The position numbers were made by a program, and so were the translations under genes. 25,848 nucleotides of DNA from Candidatus Zixiibacteriota bacterium (GTDB lineage: Bacteria > Zixibacteria > MSB-5A5 > CAIYYT01). Below the pieces are notes generated by a model. The model searched no databases. It saw only the letters and a program-made list of their open reading frames with translations, and had not been told where the DNA came from. Below are positions 1-7,451 of this stretch, piece after piece. Numbering within the stretch: the stretch's first letter is position 1; each line of letters opens with the position of its first letter. The stretch covers positions 1 to 25,848 of the forward strand of contig JBECKX010000089.1 of assembly GCA_040235515.1 (NCBI GenBank). Reading direction: 5' to 3'.

Positions 1-2
1 TT

Positions 3-86
3 CCGGTTCCATCGATTGGTCCGACGCTTGATCGCTGTTATGTGGCTTTGCGCAAGATCCTGCGGAAGGAGTTAAATGATTTTTAG
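3..86 (+). CDS. 3' end of an ECF-type RNA polymerase sigma factor (region 4), truncated by window edge
   Basis: Frame starting at nt 3 reads PVPSIGPTLDRCYVALRKILRKELNDF-stop(TAG 84-86). This resembles the 'P.GSIGPT..RC...LR' region-4 end of ECF sigmas I recall from CHAT-gene neighbourhoods. Not in the ORF track. Confidence 0.75.
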   Translation, partial: PVPSIGPTLDRCYVALRKILRKELNDF

Positions 87-121
87 GTATTTTTTTCAGA
101 TCCCAGCCCTCTCAATAAGTA
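85..121 (+). promoter_or_regulatory. Candidate ECF-sigma promoter, copy 1 (AGGTAT-N18-CTCT-N4-AAGTA)
   Basis: AGGTAT 85-90, CTCT 109-112, AAGTA 117-121. Same elements and same 18-nt spacer recur at 5039-5074. Lies between the sigma stop and the RBS (GGGAG ~125-129) of the next gene. Confidence 0.55.
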
Positions 122-137
122 AACGGGAGTTATCACT

Positions 138-776
138 ATGACCGAAAAACGCCGGGATGGTGGGAGCCAAGTCGAGGAGTTAATCCGACTGGCTCAGGAT
201 CAACTTGACCCGTCGAGCAAGGAAGCACTGCAAAAGAGGCTAGCGCAGGATAAAGACCTTCAGGCACTTTATGAAATTGTCCTGAGCATGTATCAAAGGC
301 GAAAAGAGGAGCTCGACGAGATTCTGCGGGAGGCGCAGGATGCAGTGGTTTCGAAGGAGACTGCTGAGTCGGCCATGCGCCAGGGCTTGCGGATATTCGA
401 CGACTTGCGGTTGCGCAGAAAGGATCCGACGAGGCTGCGCGGGATAGCCGTGACTGATTCAGCGGATACGCCGACTCCTGCGGGTGTGCGGAAGTCTGCG
501 GTTGATACGCGTCGATTGAAATACCGCCTGCCGGAGGGCGAGGTGCATCTGGAGCTATTGCCGGTATCGTTCGAAAGCTACGATATGACCGGAATCGTGA
601 CCCACAAGACTCATTCCGGACCTTTCAATATTGCGTTGCGCACCGGCAAGCGAGTCCGCAAGACCACTACCGATGAAGTCAATCTCTTTCAGCTGGCCCG
701 AGTTGCCAGCGGTCGACACGAGATCGAACTTTTCTTTGGTGCCGAGTTGATCGGAACGATCACTCTGGAGATATAG
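138..776 (+). CDS. Putative cytoplasmic anti-sigma factor / CHAT-associated protein
   Basis: Directly follows the sigma gene. N-terminal helical segment resembles an anti-sigma domain without Zn ligands (ELIRLAQDQLDPSSKEALQKRL). Central DS...PAGVR...RRL.Y segment, then a beta-rich C-terminal domain. No TM helix. Confidence 0.6.
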   Translation: MTEKRRDGGSQVEELIRLAQDQLDPSSKEALQKRLAQDKDLQALYEIVLSMYQRRKEELDEILREAQDAVVSKETAESAMRQGLRIFDDLRLRRKDPTRLRGIAVTDSADTPTPAGVRKSAVDTRRLKYRLPEGEVHLELLPVSFESYDMTGIVTHKTHSGPFNIALRTGKRVRKTTTDEVNLFQLARVASGRHEIELFFGAELIGTITLEI

Positions 777-786
777 AAGCAAGAAA

Positions 787-3555
787 ATGATCGATTTTCA
801 GCAGATAAAGAGCATCACAGGTTCCGTGAAGAGCCAGGCTGATCTCGCAGCCTACCTGGCGAAGGAGTATGCGGGGGATGTGGAAGCGTTCATGGATGCT
901 ATCGATGAGGGTCTCAACGAGCTGCTGAAAACTGACAGAGCCAGGGCGGAGGAATTCGTAGCGGTCGCACAACCGCTGGCGGATTTGCTCGCGCCTGAGT
1001 GGCAACCGCGTTTTGTTTCGTTGCGCGCTCGGCTTGCGCTCAACGCCGGCAGAGCAGCGGAGGCACGCGATCTCTATTTGCGGGCGCTTGGGCTTTTCAA
1101 TAAGCACAGGAACTTTGCCTCGGCAGCGCGCCTGCGCAAGGGCCTGGTGGAAGCGTACAAGTTGCTCGGTGAGACTGATGCTGCGATCACCGAGGGCAAG
1201 AAGGCACTCGCCTACTTCCGGCGTAAGGGCTGGCAGGTTGATGAGGCGAAGATGTTGACCAACCTCGGTAACATCTACCACCACAAGGATCAGAATCGGC
1301 AGGCGTTGCGATACTATGAGAAGGCGCGGGAAGTGTTCGCCCGGGAGGGCGGACTGCCGGTCGCGATCGTCGAATTCAACCTCGCGAACATCTATACGAA
1401 CTTAAATGATCTCCAGCGGGCAAAGAAACTCTACGCCAGTTCACTCGCGTTCTATGAGCAGAGCGGATTCGAGATCTATGCTGCGCAGGCGCGATATTCG
1501 CTGGCTTACCTGGCATTCCTGGAGAGCCACTATGCGCTGGCGCTTGAAGGATTCGAGAATGTCTACGATACGTTTGTCAGGCTGAAAGATCGCGTTTCAG
1601 CGGCGACGACGCTGCTCGATTTAGTCGAGCTGGAGGTTCACCTGCATCTGTTCGGTTCGGCAGTGCATCTGGGCCTGCATGTGATCGAGGAACTGCGAGC
1701 GATGAATCTCTCCTACGAGGAGGGCAAAGCCAACTACTTCGTCGCCGCCGCCATGATTGAGCTTCAGGAGAAACGCGAGGCGAGAAAGTACCTCAAGCGC
1801 GCTAGATCGATATTTGAAGCATCCGGGAACAATCTCTGGTTGGGGATGGTGTTGCTTGCCAGCGCCCGGCTCTCGCTTCAGGAGAAGCGCATCCCGGCGG
1901 CATTGGATCTCACGCGGGAAGCGGAGGCCTTTTTTGCCAGAAGCGGTGACAAGCGCAGGATGAATGATGCACGCCTGCTGCGGCTCGAAACGATAGCGCG
2001 CAGTGAAGAAGCGAGCCGGCTGTTGAGCGGGGCGGTAAAACAGCTCCGAGCGGCGGGTCTGGTCAAGTATCAACAATATCAACTCGCTACCACGCTGGGT
2101 GATTACTACATGCGGCGCAAGAAGCATGGAGATGCAGTTCGGGAATACCGTGCCGCGCTGAAGAATGCCGAAGAGATGTTGTACGGGCTCAATCAGGATG
2201 AGATTCGGGTCTTGTTTGCATCGGATGTTACGGAGTCCTACAATCGTCTGGCGCAGGCGTACCTGGCGGAGAAGAAGGACCGCAGCGCGTTGATCGAGGT
2301 GTTGCGCGGTATGGCGGTGTTGAACCTGCAGAGTACTCGAATCAGCGCCAATGCACCGCGCGGGAGCTTGCACAAGCAGATTGATTCGTTGCGAAGCCAG
2401 ATCGCGATGTTGCACCGGCTGAAGGAGGGAGGAGGCAGCCGCGAGGTGGCCGCTTCTCGTTACCGTGACCTGGAACAGAAGCTGTGGCGCCTGCAGAGAA
2501 GCGCACGCGGCCACATCACGCGTGGCGATGACCCGACCAACGTAACCGTATCCGACATCGAAGAGATTCTCGACAAGCTTGGTGACAGAACGCTGGTGCA
2601 TTATCACCGGGTTGGCGATCAGATTGGCGCTTTCGTGGCGGATTCTTCCGGCGTCAGGTACTCACGATTACAGATTTCATTCTCGGAATTTCAGACGGCG
2701 TTGCGTAAGACCTACTTCCTGCTTGAGCAGGGTATCACGCGCAGGAGTGGATCGGCTGCCGCGACGAAGGCGCTGACTCATTACCGCCGCCTCTTGTATG
2801 ATCAGATTGTCGCACCGCTTTTTGCTGAGATATCAACGGCACCGGAGACGATCCTGGCTGTTGATCGCGAGTTCCTGCAGGTGCCGTTTGCGACTCTTCT
2901 CGATGAGGCCGGGGTCGTTCTGCAGGACAAGCTGGAATTCAGCGTGATCGTGAATCCGCTCGACATCAAACGCAGCGGTGCCAGCTGGAACCCACGTGGG
3001 ACCAGTGCCATCATCGGAGTCGACTCAGAGAGCCTGCCACTGGTTCGGAATGAGTGTCAGGCGATCAGATCGAACTATAGGGATGCTGAGTACTTCATGG
3101 GTGAGGCGGCGACTACCACCTCGGTTGGAGAGGCGCTCAGGAAATGCAGCGGCTTTGTGCACATTGCAGCGCATGCCTCGCGGGCATCGGAGAATCCGCT
3201 CTTTTCGAGGATCCTGCTAGCGGACGGCCCGCTGTTCCCATTTGAGGTTAACGGCACGATCAGGGCTGGATTGGTGACGCTTTCAGGTTGCCAAACTGCA
3301 GCTCCGGGTCTATATTACGGTAATTCCTTTAGCCTGGCGAAGGCATTCTACCAGGCCGGCGGCCGCGCAGTTTTAGCCTCACAATGGTCGGTTGCCGATG
3401 ATGTAACAATGGAATTCATGACAGAGTTTTACAAAGTTCTGGGCGCTACGAAATCAATCAGGAAAGCATTCCTGCGAGCAGTATCGAAAATTCGAATGCT
3501 AACAGACAATCCGGCTCACTGGGGAGCATTTGTCCTGTTAGGTGGAGTAACATAA
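787..3555 (+). CDS. TPR-repeat + CHAT (caspase HetF-associated) cysteine protease
   Basis: Long TPR array (e.g. LTNLGNIYHHKDQNRQALRYYEKA). C-terminal CHAT motifs LQVPFATL, FVHIAAH(796)A, VTLSGC(835)QT, VLASQWSVAD, NPAHWGAFVLLG. His/Cys dyad intact. Confidence 0.93.
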   Translation: MIDFQQIKSITGSVKSQADLAAYLAKEYAGDVEAFMDAIDEGLNELLKTDRARAEEFVAVAQPLADLLAPEWQPRFVSLRARLALNAGRAAEARDLYLRALGLFNKHRNFASAARLRKGLVEAYKLLGETDAAITEGKKALAYFRRKGWQVDEAKMLTNLGNIYHHKDQNRQALRYYEKAREVFAREGGLPVAIVEFNLANIYTNLNDLQRAKKLYASSLAFYEQSGFEIYAAQARYSLAYLAFLESHYALALEGFENVYDTFVRLKDRVSAATTLLDLVELEVHLHLFGSAVHLGLHVIEELRAMNLSYEEGKANYFVAAAMIELQEKREARKYLKRARSIFEASGNNLWLGMVLLASARLSLQEKRIPAALDLTREAEAFFARSGDKRRMNDARLLRLETIARSEEASRLLSGAVKQLRAAGLVKYQQYQLATTLGDYYMRRKKHGDAVREYRAALKNAEEMLYGLNQDEIRVLFASDVTESYNRLAQAYLAEKKDRSALIEVLRGMAVLNLQSTRISANAPRGSLHKQIDSLRSQIAMLHRLKEGGGSREVAASRYRDLEQKLWRLQRSARGHITRGDDPTNVTVSDIEEILDKLGDRTLVHYHRVGDQIGAFVADSSGVRYSRLQISFSEFQTALRKTYFLLEQGITRRSGSAAATKALTHYRRLLYDQIVAPLFAEISTAPETILAVDREFLQVPFATLLDEAGVVLQDKLEFSVIVNPLDIKRSGASWNPRGTSAIIGVDSESLPLVRNECQAIRSNYRDAEYFMGEAATTTSVGEALRKCSGFVHIAAHASRASENPLFSRILLADGPLFPFEVNGTIRAGLVTLSGCQTAAPGLYYGNSFSLAKAFYQAGGRAVLASQWSVADDVTMEFMTEFYKVLGATKSIRKAFLRAVSKIRMLTDNPAHWGAFVLLGGVT

Positions 3556-3577
3556 CGCGAAGAAGGATAAGGTTGAG

Positions 3578-4822
3578 ATGAGTTCCCGACGCTTCCCCCA
3601 AATTACAGCACTTGCACTTTTGCTCCTCGTGGCAGTGCTCGCTTCTGTAAGTTTGTCTGTGAATAGCGCGACCCTCGCAGCCTCACAGGCCACTTCAGAG
3701 CACATGATCATCATGACTCAAGGACGGATGAAGGCCAGTACCCTGATGACTCCGGCCGGTGGTAAAGTAGTGAGCAGCATACCCGGGCAGAATATTTATG
3801 AGGTTGAATTGCCCAAGGGTGCCAACATCACGGACTTGGCCCTGCAGTATCAGAGACATCCCGAGATTGTTTTTGCCCACAAGGATCAAAAAACGGAACT
3901 CCCGGAATTGTACCAGGTGAGTCAAGGTTTCCCGGATCAGAAAGATACAGTGTTTATTTCCGGCGTGAGCCCGCAATCTTATTACGGGCAGGCTGGAGTA
4001 TATGCGACAGGTGTGGACTCGGCGCAATCGTATGCGACCGGATCAGGCGTCAAGGTTGCTGTCATCGACAATGGGCTGGATTATTCTCAGTGCCTGATCG
4101 CGACGGCGGATATTTTACCCGGCTATGATTTCGTCGACAACGACACGATACCGGCGGAAGAAGAGGGTGAGATGCAGAGCCATGGAACCTTCGTGACGAG
4201 CCTGATCCTGCTTACCGCGCCAGATTGCTCGATTCTCCCGATCCGTGTTTTTGACGGAGATGGCATCGGCACGCAGTATGATATCGCGCAGGGGATTTAC
4301 TATGCAATCGGGCAGCAGGTGGATGTGATCAACCTGAGCTTCGGATGCGAAACCGCTACACCGGTTTTGATCGGTGCGGTTCAGGCGGCTCTGAATAGCG
4401 GGATCGTCGTCGTGGCTGCTTCCGGAAACAATGGCGAAGACCTTGATCTTTATCCCGCCCGCGAAGATTACGTAATCGCGGTTGGGGCGATTGATACGAC
4501 CGAGGTCAGGGCAGGCTTCTCCAACTACGGTAACTACCTGACCGTCTGTGCTCCCGGAGTGGATGTACACGGTGCATTCTTCCATCCTCAGTATGACTGG
4601 GGCATCTGGAGTGGAACCTCATTCTCCACCCCGATCGTGACCGGAACCGCCGCGCTGGTTAGAGAACTTCAGAGCGGCTATGATTCGGATGATGTGCGGA
4701 CGCTGTTGATTCAGTCTGCACGCACCGAACTGACTTGGGGAACGCTGAGTACTCCGGATCTCGAGTATGGATATGGGCTACTCAATGCCCTCGATGCAGT
4801 CCTGGAGGCGAGCGGCAACTAG
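3578..4822 (+). CDS. Secreted S8 family (subtilisin-like) serine peptidase
   Basis: Signal peptide and propeptide-like segment. Triad VAVID(164)NG, SH(202)GTFV, SGTS(348)FSTP; oxyanion AASGN. Confidence 0.95.
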   Translation: MSSRRFPQITALALLLLVAVLASVSLSVNSATLAASQATSEHMIIMTQGRMKASTLMTPAGGKVVSSIPGQNIYEVELPKGANITDLALQYQRHPEIVFAHKDQKTELPELYQVSQGFPDQKDTVFISGVSPQSYYGQAGVYATGVDSAQSYATGSGVKVAVIDNGLDYSQCLIATADILPGYDFVDNDTIPAEEEGEMQSHGTFVTSLILLTAPDCSILPIRVFDGDGIGTQYDIAQGIYYAIGQQVDVINLSFGCETATPVLIGAVQAALNSGIVVVAASGNNGEDLDLYPAREDYVIAVGAIDTTEVRAGFSNYGNYLTVCAPGVDVHGAFFHPQYDWGIWSGTSFSTPIVTGTAALVRELQSGYDSDDVRTLLIQSARTELTWGTLSTPDLEYGYGLLNALDAVLEASGN

Positions 4823-4886
4823 CGACAGATTCGCCCCCGGATATCGCTTTGAGACGATGATTTGAGGCGACGATTCGATCTATGAC

Positions 4887-4919
4887 AGGCCATGAGTTTT
4901 CAACTCATGGCCTTTTTTT
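4887..4919 (+). terminator. Rho-independent terminator of the CHAT-S8 operon
   Basis: Perfect 12-bp stem AGGCCATGAGTT-TTC-AACTCATGGCCT followed by a T run. Confidence 0.9.
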
Positions 4920-5038
4920 GAACGGCGCATCGTGAGCTTCAGGATGTGCGAGCGATCGCGTGGGAGCTTGCGAGATCGGATTTCGATTGAGAGGGGGATG
5001 AGTTGAGAGTTGTTTTCAAGAAAAAAGATCGAAGCTGA

Positions 5039-5074
5039 AGGTATCAAAAGTAGTTCTTATTACTCTTGAAAGTA
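5039..5074 (+). promoter_or_regulatory. Candidate ECF-sigma promoter, copy 2 (AGGTAT-N18-CTCT-N3-AAGTA)
   Basis: AGGTAT 5039-5044, CTCT 5063-5066, AAGTA 5070-5074; matches the copy at 85-121. Confidence 0.5.
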
Positions 5075-5545
5075 GAGCTGGGAAGTACAGGGAGTTGTTC
5101 CCGGCTTGAGTGTGGTTGAACAATCCCTTGGTTTTAGAAGATCCGAGGAGCCTCAAGCCATTATCATGCCTTTATCGGCTTGAGGCTGTCCCTGTCCCGG
5201 TGCAGTGGAGCAGAGCACTGCACCGGGAAAAATCTGACCTGAACTCCTTTGAACAAGTGATCGGCTCACACCATTTATTCTCGGAGGACGGGGGCTTCCC
5301 CCACGAAAACTTAATGGTGCATCCGATCACTTGTTGTTTAGAGACGGGCGGTCCAGCCGGGTTCGGTTGCCGTCGACCAGTTTTCCTGCTTTTCGGGTAG
5401 TCTCCCGATCAGATCCAGTCATACCATTCTGAGTGCCTAATTGTGTGTCGGCACGATTGGTGAATAGTATATTAAAGGGGAAAGCAAATCCTGATCGGGA
5501 GCGTGAGAGACCTAGCAGCGGCTCTTGCGCTACGTAACAATTACG
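5075..5545 (+). ncRNA. Large structured non-coding RNA or long structured 5' leader of tamA (family not recognised)
   Basis: Consecutive stems: 5087-93/5189-95, 5095-100/5118-23, 5126-31/5143-48, 5149-59/5177-87 (11 bp), 5195-207/5216-28 (13 bp), 5252-64/5323-35 (13 bp, with inner stems), 5354-59/5364-69, 5402-12/5491-501 (11 bp, with inner stems), 5501-09/5522-30. Strand is inferred from the promoter; G-U evidence is mixed. Confidence 0.6.
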
Positions 5546-5548
5546 CAT

Positions 5549-7426
5549 ATGACATTACAGCCAACCGCGCCGCATTCCCAGCTAAAGAAGCGGATTCACC
5601 ATATCCTGATACTTCCCCCCCTGTTGGTCATACTTCTCGGAGCATGGTCTTCGCTGCAGGCACAGTCGGGTTACAGTGTCGCGGGAATCGAGATAGATGG
5701 AAATCAGGCATTCGATGATGGTGAATTGCGGGAGATCATGGTGCTCAAGACGGCCTCGTGGTTCAAACGAGTCTTTCTCGGGCGGGACCGCTCAGAGTTC
5801 GATGAGACAAGCTTAAGAAACGACCTGCAGCGTATCAAGCGCTATTACCAGCGTCGTGGCTTTCTCAACGCGAACGTCATGTTGAGTGAACTGCAGAGCA
5901 ATGATAAGAACGAGACGGTCACGATCAAGATCAGGGTGGAGGAGAACGCTCCGATACTGAACGGGGCAATAAGCTACAGTTTCGCGGAGAATGCCGCTGA
6001 TTCCTCGGCGTTGATGGGTTTGGTGCCGGCTAACGCTATCCGCGGACAGATTCCACGCGGGGAGCCGTTTCGCGATGCTGACGTCACGAATGTCCGAACC
6101 GGATTGATGGATGCGTTTGCAAATGCGGGGTATCCATACGTTGACGTCAAAGCCAATCTTGATATCGACACCGCTGCGAACGTCGTTGATATCAATTTCG
6201 CCGTAGACCCCGGACCACTCTCGTACTTCGGTGAGGTCTCAATCAGCGGTCGCGATCGAGTTGGCGAGAAGCTTATCATTAACCAGATGCGGTTGAAGAC
6301 GGGAGGGCGCTATTCCCAGAAACTGCTGCGCGATTCGCAGCGGCAGATATTCTCCCTGCAGGTGTTTGAGGTCGTTACCGTGCGGGCGAAGCTGTCGGAA
6401 GCACGCGATAGCATCATTCCCGTACAGGTGAACCTCAGTGAAGCCGCGCAGTGGTCATCCAAGATAGGTGTCGGCTATGGGCGTGAGGATGAATTCAGAG
6501 CGTTCACCGAGATGCAGTTGTTATCTTTCATGGGAGGGGCACGGCGCCTTACCCTTTATGCCAAACACTCGGGTCTGGAACCGTACCACGTCAATCTTGA
6601 GCTGGTCCAGCCGGCATTTCTCGGACCTCGCAACGAGCTATCGATCAATCCGTTTGTGCGCAAGCAGGAGGAACCGGGATACACGGTCCGACGTTACGGG
6701 TCACATTTTTCATTTTCGCGGAGATTCAATCTCTTTCTCAGCGGAACGGCGACCTACACTTTCGAGCAGGTGCGACTCGACACGAACTCGGTTGCGGAGC
6801 AAGCCACCACCGATCTCTCCAACCTTGATCTCTACAACAAGTCGGCGATCCAGCTGAGTTTCACGTGGGATGATTCATATCCGGCGTTCTCGCCGGAGCG
6901 TGGCTGGTTCGGGATTATCTCGGTCAAGTATAGCGGGCTCGATCTCGGCAGCCGGTTCAACTACGCCAAAACTTTGTTCGACCTGCGCCATTACGTCGAT
7001 CTCGGTGGCGTCGTGCTCGCGTTGCGGGGAAAGATTGGTGGGATCAAGTCATTTGACAGCGAACCATTCGTGCCGGTCGAAGACCGCTATTTCTCCGGCG
7101 GTAGTACCTCAAATCGCGGCTGGGCGCGTGGCGGGTTGGGACCGACTGATGACGAGGGCAAGCCGATTGGCGGTAACAGCTTGTTTGAGGGTAATGTGGA
7201 GTTGCGCTATCCGATCATCGGGGTGTTGTCGGGCGTCATATTCTACGACTTCGGCAACGTCTGGATTGAATCGTACGATTATAGGCCGCGAGATTTGCGC
7301 TATGCGACCGGATTGGGTTTGCGTCTCCGCACACCCATTGGCCCGGTGAGGTTCGATGCCGGGCGGCCGGTCTTCGATGATGAGACAACGATCCAGCTTC
7401 ACCTGAGTGTCGGTCAGGCATTCTAA
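5549..7426 (+). CDS. tamA: Omp85-family outer membrane protein, TamA/BamA-like (POTRA domains + beta-barrel)
   Basis: Signal-like hydrophobic N-terminus, about three POTRA-like repeats, barrel motifs RYFSGGSTSNRGW, FYDFGNVW, GLRLRTPIGPVRFD, terminal GQAF. Adjacent to tamB. ATG 5549 preferred to TTG 5525. Confidence 0.88.
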   Translation: MTLQPTAPHSQLKKRIHHILILPPLLVILLGAWSSLQAQSGYSVAGIEIDGNQAFDDGELREIMVLKTASWFKRVFLGRDRSEFDETSLRNDLQRIKRYYQRRGFLNANVMLSELQSNDKNETVTIKIRVEENAPILNGAISYSFAENAADSSALMGLVPANAIRGQIPRGEPFRDADVTNVRTGLMDAFANAGYPYVDVKANLDIDTAANVVDINFAVDPGPLSYFGEVSISGRDRVGEKLIINQMRLKTGGRYSQKLLRDSQRQIFSLQVFEVVTVRAKLSEARDSIIPVQVNLSEAAQWSSKIGVGYGREDEFRAFTEMQLLSFMGGARRLTLYAKHSGLEPYHVNLELVQPAFLGPRNELSINPFVRKQEEPGYTVRRYGSHFSFSRRFNLFLSGTATYTFEQVRLDTNSVAEQATTDLSNLDLYNKSAIQLSFTWDDSYPAFSPERGWFGIISVKYSGLDLGSRFNYAKTLFDLRHYVDLGGVVLALRGKIGGIKSFDSEPFVPVEDRYFSGGSTSNRGWARGGLGPTDDEGKPIGGNSLFEGNVELRYPIIGVLSGVIFYDFGNVWIESYDYRPRDLRYATGLGLRLRTPIGPVRFDAGRPVFDDETTIQLHLSVGQAF

Positions 7427-7451
7427 GGAATTGCCGTAGATTGAGGAGCAG

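Noticed and set aside
1621..2607. Long antisense or alternate-frame ORFs (e.g. 1621-2607, 16866-17633, 19658-20605)
   Set aside because: Shadow ORFs of well-supported genes in GC-rich DNA, with no motifs of their own.
3578..3600. Possible Tat motif (SRRF) in the S8 signal peptide
   Set aside because: Does not match S/T-R-R-x-F-L-K; a Sec signal is equally plausible.
5247..5340. Long imperfect hairpin with AAC...GTT ends resembling an integron attC site
   Set aside because: Ends do not fit RYYYAAC/GTTRRRY; no cassette ORFs or integrase are present.
5352..5390. Minus-strand GAACCCGGCT and CAGGAAAA resembling RNase P P4 strands
   Set aside because: No GAGGAAAGUCC, and the two pieces are ~15 nt apart instead of ~300.
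5110..5400. 96-aa ORF (GTG start) and its internal 28-aa ATG ORF MVHPITCC...
   Set aside because: No well-placed SD, no recognisable domain, and it lies wholly within strongly paired sequence; a non-coding reading fits better, though a peptide cannot be fully excluded.
5449..5464. sigma54-like CGGCACGATTGGTGA upstream of tamA
   Set aside because: The -12 element reads TGA rather than TGC, and the site sits within a predicted stem.
5075..5545. CRISPR array or IS110 bridge RNA explanation for the hairpin series
   Set aside because: Hairpins are not identical repeats with spacers, and no cas or recombinase gene is in the window; an orphan IS end cannot be excluded without a search.
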